64,000 bases of DNA from a bacterium (GTDB lineage: Bacteria > Electryoneota > Electryoneia > Electryoneales > Electryoneaceae). This document shows, in pieces, positions 17,764 through 27,450 of the stretch (positions within the stretch are counted from its first letter, which is position 1; each line of letters starts with the position of its first letter). The position numbers were made by a program, and so were the translations under genes. The notes under the pieces were generated by a model. The model had not been told where the DNA came from and did not search any database. It saw nothing but the letters and a program-made list of their open reading frames with translations. Location of the stretch: assembly GCA_963675295.2 (NCBI GenBank), contig CAXXKJ010000002.1:2848001-2912000 (forward strand), in the 5' to 3' direction.

Positions 17764-19119
17764 TCACGCGTACAGCCCGCGCATTTCCGCCGCGCGTGTC
17801 ACACGTTCGATCGCGACGATGAATGCCGCGGTGCGCATGTTGACATCGTACTTCTTGCTCGTCTGGTAGACCGCCTCGAACGCATGGTCCATGTAGCGCT
17901 TGAGGTCCATGAAGATGTGGTCGGCGTCCCAGTAGTACCCCATCCGGTTCTGCACCCATTCGAGGTAGCTGACGGTCACGCCGCCGGCGTTGCAAAGGAT
18001 GTCCGGAATCAGGAAGACACCGTTGTTCGAGAGGATCGCGTCCGCTTCCGGCGTGCACGGCCCGTTCGCGGCTTCGGCGATGATCTTCGCCTTGACCTGG
18101 CCGGCGTTCGTCTCGGTGATCTGGTTTTCCAGCGCTGCCGGGACGAGGATGTCGACCACTTCGGTCAACAGATCGTTGGCGTCGTTGTACTTGGTGACGT
18201 TCGCCGCCGGATTGTTCTCGAAACCCTTAAGCGTTTTGTTTTCCTTGATGTGTGCGAGTGCGATCTGCGGATCGATACCGGCAGGATCGTTGCTGACGAA
18301 ACCGCCGGACACATCACTGATCGCCTTGATCACGGCACCATGGCCCTTGAGCAAGACGGCGGCGTTGGACCCGGCGTTACCAAAGCCCTGAATCGCGACG
18401 GTCGCGCCTTCGAGCTTCATGCCGAGCACATCGACGGCCTGCAGGATGGTGAAGGTGACGCCCTGTGCGGTCGCGGTGACACGTCCCTCGCTGCCGCCGA
18501 GTTCGAGCGGCTTGCCGGTAACGACGGCCGGCATGTAGTCACCCTTGTGCATGCTGTAGGTGTCGAGGAACCACGCCATCACCTGCGGGTTGGTATTGAC
18601 GTCCGGTGCGGGCACATCACGGTCCGGGCCGAAGATGTCAATCATCTCAGCGAAGTAACGGCGGGCAAGGCGTTCCATCTCAGACTGGCTCATCTCGGAC
18701 GGATCACAGATCACGCCGCCCTTGCCGCCGCCCATCGGGATGCCGACGACGGCGCACTTGAACGTCATCCAGAACGACAACGCCTTGACTTCATCGAGGT
18801 CGACCTGCGGGTGGAACCGGACACCGCCCTTGGCCGGGCCGCGCGCGATGTTGTGCTGCACACGGTAGCCCTTGAACACCTTGATGTTGCCGTCGTCCAT
18901 CCGGATCGGCAACTTGACTTCGATCACTCGCCGCGGTTGCTGAATCATCGCGATCTGATCGCTGCTCAGTTTCAGGTGCTGAGCCGCGTCGTCGAACTGC
19001 TGCAATGCGTTCTGGAACACGGATTTACGGTCCGCGGAATGCATTTCTTCCAGGATGTTCTCGTACTGCTGATCCTGCCGCGCGCCGGAGATCGGGGTTT
19101 TCGCCCGCTTCTCAGCCAT
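17764..19119 (-). CDS. gdhA: Glu/Leu/Phe/Val dehydrogenase (glutamate dehydrogenase)
   Basis: GPAKGGVRFHP, GGGKGG, DVPAPD, QGFGNAG, EAANGP and NAGGVTVSYLEW motifs. Start set at MAEKR after GAGGTG. Confidence 0.95.
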   Translation of the reverse strand: MAEKRAKTPISGARQDQQYENILEEMHSADRKSVFQNALQQFDDAAQHLKLSSDQIAMIQQPRRVIEVKLPIRMDDGNIKVFKGYRVQHNIARGPAKGGVRFHPQVDLDEVKALSFWMTFKCAVVGIPMGGGKGGVICDPSEMSQSEMERLARRYFAEMIDIFGPDRDVPAPDVNTNPQVMAWFLDTYSMHKGDYMPAVVTGKPLELGGSEGRVTATAQGVTFTILQAVDVLGMKLEGATVAIQGFGNAGSNAAVLLKGHGAVIKAISDVSGGFVSNDPAGIDPQIALAHIKENKTLKGFENNPAANVTKYNDANDLLTEVVDILVPAALENQITETNAGQVKAKIIAEAANGPCTPEADAILSNNGVFLIPDILCNAGGVTVSYLEWVQNRMGYYWDADHIFMDLKRYMDHAFEAVYQTSKKYDVNMRTAAFIVAIERVTRAAEMRGLYA

Positions 19120-19398
19120 CGCTTCACCTCGTTTCTGTTGGAATGTCATCTCATGCCCTGAATAAAGGATACGGGCATATGCTGCATGTTTCAAAGGGCG
19201 GAAAGGTCATCTTTTCTCCATTCAAACGCAAGAGTTCAGGGAGAAAAACTCAAAATGAACAAGTACAGCTAACTTGCAGATATCTCAACAGTTCAGACGA
19301 GACAGGGAGACGGTCAGGCATCGGTTTGGCTCGGGCTGGTGGTTGCGAGATTGTGCTGAAGTTCACTACGTTCGCCAACCACCAACCGTGAGGAGAAC

Positions 19399-19818
19399 AT
19401 GTTCCGCTACGAATTGGATCAGCACCGCAAGATCATGGTTCTGGTCGTCCATGGCACCCAGGACGGCTGGGAAGGCAAAATGATGATAGATGGCTGGAAG
19501 CTGCACGTTCCGAAAATCGACAGTGACTGGAAACTGATTCTCGATCTTGGCGAATATGTCAGTCCGCACGGGTACGCGGAGAAGGAACAGCGCCGGCTGG
19601 CTTCGATGATTGCGTCACAGAATCTGGCGAAAAAGATGTTGGTTCGTGCCGTGCGTAACGAAGTGAACGCTCCGTTTACGGAGGGGATCTCGTACGACGA
19701 ACATCCGGATTTTCTTTCGGCTTGGCGCAACGCGGGAGGAGACTCCCGAGACACCCTCATCCCCGCCCCTGCGGATGGCTCCCATTACCCGGCCAACAAT
19801 GCCCCGCCTCGCGGGTGA
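19399..19818 (+). CDS. Hypothetical protein, possible STAS/SpoIIAA-like fold
   Basis: Good RBS (GAGGAG) and a downstream terminator. The LILDL strand pattern is reminiscent of STAS/SEC14-like domains. Confidence 0.6.
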   Translation: MFRYELDQHRKIMVLVVHGTQDGWEGKMMIDGWKLHVPKIDSDWKLILDLGEYVSPHGYAEKEQRRLASMIASQNLAKKMLVRAVRNEVNAPFTEGISYDEHPDFLSAWRNAGGDSRDTLIPAPADGSHYPANNAPPRG

Positions 19819-19842
19819 AGTTTAGGACTGTCTAAATTCCCT

Positions 19843-19870
19843 TCCGCGCCGGAGTTCGGCGCGGATTTTT
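19843..19870 (+). terminator. Rho-independent terminator
   Basis: TCCGCGCCG-gagtt-CGGCGCGGA-TTTTT. Confidence 0.85.
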
Positions 19871-19871
19871 A

Positions 19872-19901
19872 TTGACAACGGCATATAAGTTTTTCTTTAT
19901 T
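19872..19901 (+). promoter_or_regulatory. sigma70-like promoter
   Basis: Consensus TTGACA followed by N18 and TTTATT, in an AT-rich patch. Confidence 0.45.
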
Positions 19902-20096
19902 GAAACACCGAAAAGTAGGCTCGGGAGACGCCTCTTTTTTCGTATTACAGTATTCGGTTTCTTGGGGAAACAAAGTTTCACTAGTTATATTCTCTCAAGC
20001 CGTAATTCGGAAAACAGCCGATGACCGTTCACTGTCCGTCTGTGAATTTGCTTGTACGCGGTCACGTTTCAGCGCGGGGCGGATTAGGGAGGAAGC

Positions 20097-20717
20097 ATGG
20101 TGACGCGTCGTAGAAAAGACACAGAGCGTTTTACCACAGGCCAAATCGCGAGGCATTGCCACGTGACGCCGGAGACGGTGGCCAACTGGATCAAGGCCGG
20201 CCGGCTCAAGGCGAGTGCCACCCCGGGTGGACACTATCGCGTGAACGTGAATGATCTCGTTCGATTTTGCAAGTTGCACGGGTTCGAGGTTCCGCCGGAG
20301 TGGGAAAGCGGAGCAACTCCACCGACCGTGTTGATCATTGATGATGATCCGGAACTGCTGAAGGCGTTGATTCCAAATCTGGAACGCAGCGACCGGCGTG
20401 TGCTTGGCGCGGAAGACGTCGCCCAAGCCGGCATTATGCTGATGAAGTATCGTCCTGAAGTGGTCATCCTTGACCTGCACCTCCCCGGTACCGACGGCAT
20501 CCGTATCGCGTCGATACTGCGCAAGGAGGCGGAGTTGACCGGAACTCGGATCATCGTTCTGTCTGGATACATCGATGAGGTTGTGCAGGAGGCGATGAAA
20601 GACCTGCACGTGGATTACTACATCAACAAGCCGCCGGACTTCGAGCGTCTGGACGCCATTGTGTCCGAATTGCTGGCCTCCAACTCCCCGCTCGAGTTGG
20701 AAACCCGCGACCGCTGA
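20097..20717 (+). CDS. Response regulator with N-terminal excisionase/MerR-like HTH
   Basis: FTTGQIARHCHVTPETVANWIKAGRLKA..TPGGHYR HTH; REC motifs IIDDD, ILDLHLP, LSG and KP. Confidence 0.9.
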   Translation: MVTRRRKDTERFTTGQIARHCHVTPETVANWIKAGRLKASATPGGHYRVNVNDLVRFCKLHGFEVPPEWESGATPPTVLIIDDDPELLKALIPNLERSDRRVLGAEDVAQAGIMLMKYRPEVVILDLHLPGTDGIRIASILRKEAELTGTRIIVLSGYIDEVVQEAMKDLHVDYYINKPPDFERLDAIVSELLASNSPLELETRDR

Positions 20718-20863
20718 TTAACCCATCCTAATGGCCGTCGTCCCTGCGATGGCTGTTTTGCTTCCTGATTTGACTGGGTTGCGCCATGGGAATACATTCC
20801 ATGGCGCGATCGGCTCGGTACAGACGCACTTGCGCCGGGTTGAATTTCTGTCCATTCCGCAGC

Positions 20864-22396
20864 ATGGAGAATGAACTCACCTTGTTCAGCAAAATCCTGA
20901 TTGCCAATCGTGGTGAAATTGCTGTACGCGTGATCCGTGCGTGCCAGGAGCTTGGCGTGCGTACGGTAGCGGTGTATTCGGAAGTTGACCGCAACGCGAT
21001 GCACGTTCACCTCGCCGAGGAAGCGTGGTTGATCGGCCCCGCACCAGCATCCGAGAGTTACCTGCGTGGTGACAAGATCATCGAGGTCGCCAGAGAGTCG
21101 GGCGCCGAAGCGATTCACCCGGGGTACGGTTTCCTCTCGGAAAACGCCGAGTTCGCGGAAGCTGTTGAGGCGGCGGGCCTGGTCTGGATCGGCCCACCCC
21201 CGAACGCGATCCGCTCGATGGGATCTAAAACCGAAGCACGCCGAATCATGATGGGCTCGGGCGTGCCGGTGGTTCCGGGCACCGAAAGCGGCATTGAGGA
21301 CATGGACGAGGCGGTCGAGACAGCCAAGTCCATTGGCTTCCCGGTGCTGATTAAAGCGGCGATGGGCGGCGGCGGCAAAGGCATGCGTGTGGTGCGGGAG
21401 GAAAAGGATCTCGTGCCTGCGATCAAAGCAGCGAAGCGGGAATCGCTGCACGCATTCGGCAGCGAGCTGGTCTACCTGGAACGGTACCTGGAACGCCCGC
21501 GTCACATCGAGATCCAGGTCTTCGCCGACAATTTCGGCAACACGATTCACCTTGGTGAACGTGAATGCTCGATCCAGCGGCGGCATCAAAAGGTCGTGGA
21601 AGAATCACCGAGCCCGGTTGTCACGCCGGAGCTGCGTGCAAAGATGGGCGCGTCCGCGGTGGAAGCGGCCAAGGCGGTGAACTACCGCAACGCCGGCACC
21701 GTCGAGTTCCTCGTCGATCAGGATCTCAGCTATTATTTCCTCGAGATGAACACGCGCCTGCAGGTGGAGCATCCGGTTACGGAGATGGTCACCGGCATCG
21801 ACCTCGCGCAACTTCAGATCCGCACTGCAGCAGGCGAGAAGCTGCCGTACACGCAGGATGATATCCGCATGGACGGCCACGCCATCGAGGTGCGCATCTA
21901 CAGCGAGGACAGCCTCAATGGGTTCGTGCCGGATACCGGCAAGCTGCGTTATCTGCGGCCGCCGGACGGTTACGGCATTCGTGAGGACAGCGGCGTGCGT
22001 GAGGGCGACACGATCACCATCCATTACGACCCGATGATCAGCAAGCTGATCGCGTGGGCGCATGACCGCCCCACCGCAATCCAGCGGATGAACCGGGCGT
22101 TGCGCGAGTACCGGATTACGGGGGTGCGGACGACGATCCCATTTGGACGACTGGTGATGAACAGCGAAGCGTTCCAGAACGGCAATTTCGATACCTCGTT
22201 CATCGACCGCGAGTTTGAGGTCGAGGTGCTGGAGAAACGGGAAAAGGCATGGGAACCGATCGCGGCTCTTGCAGCGGCGTGGTATCGTCATCATGAACAC
22301 GGCAAGGGCCGGCATGAGGGCGACCGGCATCACGTCGAAGTCAGTTCGGGATCGTGCAATTGGAAATTCAGCGGACGCAAGCAGGCACAACGATGA
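20864..22396 (+). CDS. accC: Biotin carboxylase subunit (acetyl/propionyl-CoA carboxylase)
   Basis: KILIANRGEIA, IHPGYGFLSEN, GGGGKGM, ERECSIQRRHQK, EMNTRLQVEH and YDPMISKL motifs. Start is ATG 20864 or TTG 20882. Confidence 0.95.
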   Translation: MENELTLFSKILIANRGEIAVRVIRACQELGVRTVAVYSEVDRNAMHVHLAEEAWLIGPAPASESYLRGDKIIEVARESGAEAIHPGYGFLSENAEFAEAVEAAGLVWIGPPPNAIRSMGSKTEARRIMMGSGVPVVPGTESGIEDMDEAVETAKSIGFPVLIKAAMGGGGKGMRVVREEKDLVPAIKAAKRESLHAFGSELVYLERYLERPRHIEIQVFADNFGNTIHLGERECSIQRRHQKVVEESPSPVVTPELRAKMGASAVEAAKAVNYRNAGTVEFLVDQDLSYYFLEMNTRLQVEHPVTEMVTGIDLAQLQIRTAAGEKLPYTQDDIRMDGHAIEVRIYSEDSLNGFVPDTGKLRYLRPPDGYGIREDSGVREGDTITIHYDPMISKLIAWAHDRPTAIQRMNRALREYRITGVRTTIPFGRLVMNSEAFQNGNFDTSFIDREFEVEVLEKREKAWEPIAALAAAWYRHHEHGKGRHEGDRHHVEVSSGSCNWKFSGRKQAQR

Positions 22397-22923
22397 CGGC
22401 AAACGAACAGCACAACAGCTACCGTGTGGAAGTGAACGGCAACGCCTACCTCGTCACGTTTCTCGATGATGGACAGGTCCAATTTGAGGACTTGACGGTG
22501 ACTGCTGACATCACGGAAAATGAAACTCGCGACCATTTCTCCCTGATTTTGAACAAGGAGAGTTTCATGCTGGGCGTGGAACCCTCCGGTGAACCGAACC
22601 GGTTCAAAGTGCACGCCGGCGGGTATGACTTCGACATCGACGTGCTCGCCAGCCGGGAAGCCTATTTGCAGGAATATCTCAAGGCGGCCGGAGTGGGCAA
22701 GAAGGAAGGCAAGGTCAAGGCGACGATGCCCGGACTGATCCGTCAGATCGAGGTCAAGGAAGGCGACACGGTTGCTGCGGGTGATGGCGTGCTGATCATG
22801 GAAGCGATGAAAATGGAGAACGAGATCAAAACACCGATCTCCGGTGTCGTTACCAAGATCGGGGTACAGGAAGGAGAGGCTGTTGAGAAGGGTGCGTTTC
22901 TGTTTGAGGTTGAGGCGTCCTGA
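22393..22923 (+). CDS. accB: Biotin carboxyl carrier protein
   Basis: EAMKM biotinylation motif; ATGA overlap with accC. Confidence 0.9.
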   Translation: MTANEQHNSYRVEVNGNAYLVTFLDDGQVQFEDLTVTADITENETRDHFSLILNKESFMLGVEPSGEPNRFKVHAGGYDFDIDVLASREAYLQEYLKAAGVGKKEGKVKATMPGLIRQIEVKEGDTVAAGDGVLIMEAMKMENEIKTPISGVVTKIGVQEGEAVEKGAFLFEVEAS

Positions 22924-23120
22924 CCGCATTCCGGCTTGATTCCACGCGTACATCTGTGCGTTCAACCATCGCGCCGCCGTCCACAAAACTGGACTCAGGT
23001 CGCGGTGGTTTTCTTTGTCTGCGTGTTGACAAATCCAGCCCGCAAGCGCTCATTTGCCGGTGCGGACGAGGGGGTCCGTGACGTTTTCAACGTGGAATTC
23101 CTGGATAAGGAGATACGGAG

Positions 23121-23321
23121 ATGTTGTACGAAGAAATCGGTACTGCGGCAGGAGTTGTCTGGCGTTTCCTTGAGCAGAATGGACCGGCGACGGCGTCGCG
23201 CATCAAGAAGGATGTGCCGCTGCCCCCGGGCATGGTCGATCGTGCAATCGGATGGCTCGCGCGAGAAGAGAAGATTGAAGTTGATGGCAACGGCCGGAAC
23301 GTCGAGTTCAAGACGAAGTGA
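23121..23321 (+). CDS. Small winged-helix protein (DUF2582 family)
   Basis: IGxxAGxVW..L and AIGWLARExKI motifs; AAGGAG RBS. Confidence 0.88.
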   Translation: MLYEEIGTAAGVVWRFLEQNGPATASRIKKDVPLPPGMVDRAIGWLAREEKIEVDGNGRNVEFKTK

Positions 23322-23324
23322 TGG

Positions 23325-23431
23325 CAGTTCTCAGTGGTCAGTACTCAGTTGTCACTGAACACCAAAGCCGCGTTTGCCCTTGAACGCGGCTTCTTTGACT
23401 CATCACTCTTAACTCATCACTCCCGACTACC
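23325..23431. repeat. Paired heptamer arrays CAGTNNT x4 and NACTCNN x5 flanking a terminator hairpin
   Basis: cagttct cagtggt cagtact cagttgt ... gactcat cactctt aactcat cactccc gactacc. Confidence 0.75.
23363..23397. terminator. Probable bidirectional terminator
   Basis: AAGCCGCGTT/AACGCGGCTT stem between convergent genes, flanked by AAA and CTTT. Confidence 0.75.
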
Positions 23432-24533
23432 ATTTCACCTTCCACCCCGGCAGTTCGACGAGCTTTGCCAGGAGCTCGGCCGCCTCAGCGTCAAGGCGAT
23501 CCGGAAACTGTGTGCGAACACGCAGCATGATGTCGCCTCGGGTGCCGTCGGCCTTCTTCAACCCTTGTCCGGTCAGCTTTAACGCCTTGCCCTGAATCAC
23601 CGCCGGGTTGAGTTTCACCTTGCGGACGCCGTCCGGGGTTGGCACCTCGACGACACTCCCCCCCAGCGCCTCGAGCAGGTTGACGTCCAAGGTGATCTGC
23701 AGGTTATCGCCGTCGCGGGCGTACCCGCTGTCCTTCGATTCCTTCAGCCGGACAATCAGGTCGCCGTTCTCGCCACCGAACGCGCCTTCGTGTCCCTGCC
23801 CCTTGAGCCGGATATCCTGGTCCGGCTTTGATCCGGCGGGAATGGTGACACGGATCGACACGCGTTTCTTTGTCCGACCGTCGCCGTTGCACGTATCGCA
23901 GCGAACGAACTGAGAATACCCCGCACCCTCGCACTGCGGGCATGTGACGAAGATAGTCTTTCCGCCCTTGCTGGCCGGAATCTCCCCCAACCCGAGGCAG
24001 CGGTCACACTCCGCCCCGCGTCCACCGGGACGCACTCCAGCGCCGGAACAGCTGGCGCACACCACCTGCCGGGTCAACGTGAGCAGAAACTTCCCGCCCT
24101 GCGCCAGCTGCAGCGGATTCAATTCCAGCTGCGTGTGCTGGTTCTTGCCGCGCTGCGGACGTGGCGCTCCCCCACCTCCCCCCGCGCTTTCACGGTTGAA
24201 GATGCCGAAGCCGGATTGGAACGCCCGTTTCAGGATGACCTTGAAGCTCTCCCCTTCCTGCTGCACGTCCCGGGGTTTGGCCGCCTGGGCAGCGGCCTTC
24301 TGACTCATCTTGATGCCGTGGGAGGAATGGTATTCCATCCGCTTCTTCGGATCGGAGAGCACGGAATATGCTTCGCCGATTTTCTGGAAGCGTTCCTTGG
24401 CTTTCGTGTCACCGTGATGCAGGTCGGGATGGTACTTCTTCGCGAGTTTGCGGTATGCGGCGCGGATGTCATCCTGGGAGGCATCCGGCTGGATGCCGAG
24501 TTCGGTGTAGTAGTCGCGTCGTTTCGGGGTCAT
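23427..24533 (-). CDS. DnaJ-family co-chaperone (J domain, zinc finger, C-terminal domain)
   Basis: DYY..LG, HPD, four CxxCxGxG repeats and GDL..; lacks a typical G/F-rich region, so probably a paralogue. Start set at MTPKRRDYY. Confidence 0.88.
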   Translation of the reverse strand: MTPKRRDYYTELGIQPDASQDDIRAAYRKLAKKYHPDLHHGDTKAKERFQKIGEAYSVLSDPKKRMEYHSSHGIKMSQKAAAQAAKPRDVQQEGESFKVILKRAFQSGFGIFNRESAGGGGGAPRPQRGKNQHTQLELNPLQLAQGGKFLLTLTRQVVCASCSGAGVRPGGRGAECDRCLGLGEIPASKGGKTIFVTCPQCEGAGYSQFVRCDTCNGDGRTKKRVSIRVTIPAGSKPDQDIRLKGQGHEGAFGGENGDLIVRLKESKDSGYARDGDNLQITLDVNLLEALGGSVVEVPTPDGVRKVKLNPAVIQGKALKLTGQGLKKADGTRGDIMLRVRTQFPDRLDAEAAELLAKLVELPGWKVKW

Positions 24534-24574
24534 GCCGCGTTCCGCTGGTTGCACGTTTGCAGCGGCAAGATACG

Positions 24575-24610
24575 GAAAGAAAACGCCTTCGCGTTGTCAG
24601 CGAAGGCGTT
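24575..24610 (-). terminator. Terminator of the fliS-flgM transcript
   Basis: 11-bp stem AACGCCTTCGC/GCGAAGGCGTT followed by TTCTTTC on the minus strand. Confidence 0.85.
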
Positions 24611-24639
24611 GAAGGTACATTCTGGTGAATCTGCAACGA

Positions 24640-25104
24640 CTATTCGTCGCGATTCGGGAGAACGGAACGGACCATGTTTTCCGCGGTCTTATCTACGACT
24701 TCCGGTCGGTCGTAGAACCCGGACTGCGCGCGTGCGCGGACGACATTGACATCCCCCTGCGCCGGTGTCGAGATGGACTCATCGGTCAGCTTGCCGGCGA
24801 TGGCATCGAGGACTTCGGGCTTGTCGTAGTGGCCGGAGGCGATACGTGCACGAACTTCCGCCAGCTTCTCGGAGCGGTCAACCTCACCGTACGCTTCACG
24901 GTGCAGTTCAGCCATTTCCTGGTACCGTGCGACCTCGGCGGCATTTGCCGAGATATTGGCACGATCAACACCGGAGGAAGCGCTCTGCTGCGCTGCCTTC
25001 GAAGTTTGCTCGTTTTCGGCCGAATCGGTCCGCCGTACCGGGTCCGTGGGTTTGGATCCGGGTACGCCGGTCGGGCCGACACGATCAATTCCGTTGCTGT
25101 ACAT
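24640..25104 (-). CDS. flgM: Anti-sigma28 factor FlgM with duplicated C-terminal module
   Basis: DRANIS and R.EKLAEVRARIASGHY FlgM motifs; located next to fliS. Confidence 0.82.
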   Translation of the reverse strand: MYSNGIDRVGPTGVPGSKPTDPVRRTDSAENEQTSKAAQQSASSGVDRANISANAAEVARYQEMAELHREAYGEVDRSEKLAEVRARIASGHYDKPEVLDAIAGKLTDESISTPAQGDVNVVRARAQSGFYDRPEVVDKTAENMVRSVLPNRDE

Positions 25105-25132
25105 ACCTGCTCCCGATGTCGGGGGTACAGAA

Positions 25133-25540
25133 TTACGCCGAGAAACTCGCGGCGGCGTTTTCCTGCCTCAACTTCCGGCTGGCCTCGTCCCACGCCTGGT
25201 GCAGATCGCTCATCATGTCCACAATCGGGTTGAGCCGGTCTGCATCGTTGGTGGCGTTTGCGGTGACGATCTCCCGCTGGAAGAATTCGTAGAGCGCGTT
25301 CAGCTTGTCCGCGACTTCGCCGCCTTTTTCCGGATTCAACGACTTCCGCAACTCGCTGATCAGCCCGAAGGCGAGGTCAATGTTGCGTGTCCGGCTGGCG
25401 TAGTCCTTGTCACGAATCGCGCGCTGGGCCTCTTTTAGACCGCGCACGGCAGCTTCGTAACTGGTGACCACAAGCCCGACCGGGCTGGCGGTTTCGAACG
25501 TAACGTTGTTGTATTGCGCGTACGGATTCAGCTGCGCCAT
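25133..25540 (-). CDS. fliS: Flagellin chaperone FliS
   Basis: TASPVGLV..YE, ISELRKSLN.EKGGEVA..L..LYEF and AW motifs. Confidence 0.93.
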   Translation of the reverse strand: MAQLNPYAQYNNVTFETASPVGLVVTSYEAAVRGLKEAQRAIRDKDYASRTRNIDLAFGLISELRKSLNPEKGGEVADKLNALYEFFQREIVTANATNDADRLNPIVDMMSDLHQAWDEASRKLRQENAAASFSA

Positions 25541-25605
25541 CTGCTGTACCTCATGTTAGGCCTGCGCGGAGATCATCCGCAAGTCGGCCAAGGGGTCTAA
25601 ACGTA

Positions 25606-25632
25606 CTATCGGCAATCTTTGTAAAAACTTCA
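25606..25632 (-). promoter_or_regulatory. sigma28 (FliA) promoter for fliS-flgM
   Basis: TGAA-N15-GCCGATAG versus consensus TAAA-N15-GCCGATAA. Confidence 0.75.
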
Positions 25633-25652
25633 CTCCGTCATCCGGATACAGG

Positions 25653-27281
25653 TCAGCCAACCCACTGCGCCTGCGACTGCGCCTGGGATACAGCCTGCTC
25701 CATCGCGAGGAATTGCTGCGTCAGGATCTCGCGTTTGATCCGCAGGCGCCGTTCGAACGATTCAATCTGGCGGTCGAGGCTTTCGATGGAATCGTTGTAG
25801 ACGTCTTTCGCCTGCTTGATGAAACCGTCCACCGAATCCTGCGCCAGTTCCACGAATCCGTCAAACTGGCTGGCGACACCCTTGCCGACACGGACGGTTG
25901 CGGTAATCGATCCGGCTCCGCCGCCGGGACTGTCGAAATAGAGCCGCAGTCCCTCGACCGGTGTTCCTTCCTGTCCGAGGAGGATATTACCACTTACAAC
26001 GCTCGCCGCATAGCCACCGATGGTGTTGTTCGCGTCCGGATCCAGTTTGCCGTTGGCTAGGTAATGCAGCTCGACGTCGTAGGTTCCGCCGACCGTCTCC
26101 GCTTCCTGCTTGAACAGGCTGAGGTAAGGGCTCGACGAATCGCTGCTCAAGGCGAAGAGTTCGGCGACGGCCTGGGAATCGTCCTCCAACGCATCCCGCA
26201 GCTCATCATCGTCGACCTTCAGCTTGCCGCCGGACGTCAGTTCAATGCCCGCCGCACCGAGTGTCGAGTAGATCGTTCCGGAGGATACGCCGGGGATTTC
26301 TCCGGCGACGATCGACATCAGGTCGGATTTCAGTGTCCGCAAGTTTCCGTCGCTGGCGAGCAGCCCGCGGGTTTCGTTCTCTGCATCGTAAGCGGTATTC
26401 GCCTTGATGTCGACCATCAGGGCGTTGTACGACGCCACCCACTCCTCGATGGCGTTGATCGTTTCGGTGTTGTCTTGCGCAACCGAAATATTGACTTCGG
26501 ATGCAGTGACGTCCTTCAGCTTCAGTGTGACGCCAGTAATCACGTCATCAATGGTGTTACTTGACCGGACCAGCCAATCTCCGGCCGGGTAACCATCCAC
26601 GCGAATCTGCGCCTGCTGGGCGTCTTTTGTCGTAACCCAACCGCTATCAAATACACCTGATCCAATAGTCGTTCCGGCCGCATTCACCGCGATGCTGTTT
26701 GAAGCTGCTGCTTCGTCCGCAGTCAACACGAGATGAAACGGAGTGCCACTGGATCCGTCATCGATGACGGACGCGGTCACGCCCAGATTATTGTCATCTT
26801 CATTGATCGCATCGATCAGATCTTTCAGCGTCGCCCCGTTCGCGAGGGTGACTGTGTACGTATCTCCTTCAAAGTCATAGGCAAAGTCGTTACCAGATCC
26901 GGTCAGGGACGAAGTCGTCAGATCCGCCCAACCTGTATCATGAACATAAACTTCCTGCTGGGCGAGCTGGTTGACTTCAATACTGTGATTCGAAACGAAC
27001 GCATTGGAATCAGCCGTTGCGGATATGATGTCCGAATCCGAGCTGGACGCGTTCATTGCGAGCAGCTCGCTGGCGGTATCGATTGCCTGGGCTTTCGCCT
27101 GCAGGTCGCTCAGCTTGCTCGAGATAGCAACCCATGCGTCGATGCGGGACTGCTGCTCCGTCTTGCGTGCTTCAAGACGGTAGAGTCCCTGCGACTCGAG
27201 CTGCATGAGCATGTCAACGGTATCCGCCCACTGGATACCGGAGGCAAGCCCGGAAAATGATGCTGTTGAACTTGAAGCCAT
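25653..27281 (-). CDS. fliD: Flagellar filament cap FliD
   Basis: SGLASG N-terminus, VNQLAQ, SNTIDDVITGVTLKL and a C-terminal coiled coil ending QFLAME. Confidence 0.93.
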   Translation of the reverse strand: MASSSTASFSGLASGIQWADTVDMLMQLESQGLYRLEARKTEQQSRIDAWVAISSKLSDLQAKAQAIDTASELLAMNASSSDSDIISATADSNAFVSNHSIEVNQLAQQEVYVHDTGWADLTTSSLTGSGNDFAYDFEGDTYTVTLANGATLKDLIDAINEDDNNLGVTASVIDDGSSGTPFHLVLTADEAAASNSIAVNAAGTTIGSGVFDSGWVTTKDAQQAQIRVDGYPAGDWLVRSSNTIDDVITGVTLKLKDVTASEVNISVAQDNTETINAIEEWVASYNALMVDIKANTAYDAENETRGLLASDGNLRTLKSDLMSIVAGEIPGVSSGTIYSTLGAAGIELTSGGKLKVDDDELRDALEDDSQAVAELFALSSDSSSPYLSLFKQEAETVGGTYDVELHYLANGKLDPDANNTIGGYAASVVSGNILLGQEGTPVEGLRLYFDSPGGGAGSITATVRVGKGVASQFDGFVELAQDSVDGFIKQAKDVYNDSIESLDRQIESFERRLRIKREILTQQFLAMEQAVSQAQSQAQWVG

Positions 27282-27345
27282 TTGCTGACCTCCTGCACAA
27301 CGCCGCGTCGTTCAACTTCGCGGCTAACTGTAGGGGGTCCCCACG

Positions 27346-27400
27346 AAAAACACACCCGTGGAGACGGGTTCATGTTCTGAACCCGGGTCTGCCACGGGTG
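27346..27400 (-). terminator. Long terminator hairpin between fliC and fliD
   Basis: CACCCGTGG..GGGTTCA/TGAACCC..CCACGGGTG (~20 bp with bulges) followed by TGTTTTT. Confidence 0.8.
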
Positions 27401-27450
27401 CGGTAACCTTTCCGGCCGGGATCTCCGAGCCGGACGTACGTAGGATCGAC

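Noticed and set aside
16310-19161. Long antisense ORFs (449 aa opposite treT, 425 aa opposite gdhA) and similar ones opposite pgi, the GTs and flg genes
   Set aside because: Expected in GC-rich coding DNA; they carry no motifs and the sense genes are unambiguous.
20097-20290. Excisionase-like HTH as evidence of a prophage or integrative element
   Set aside because: It is fused to a receiver domain, and no integrase, att site or phage genes are nearby.
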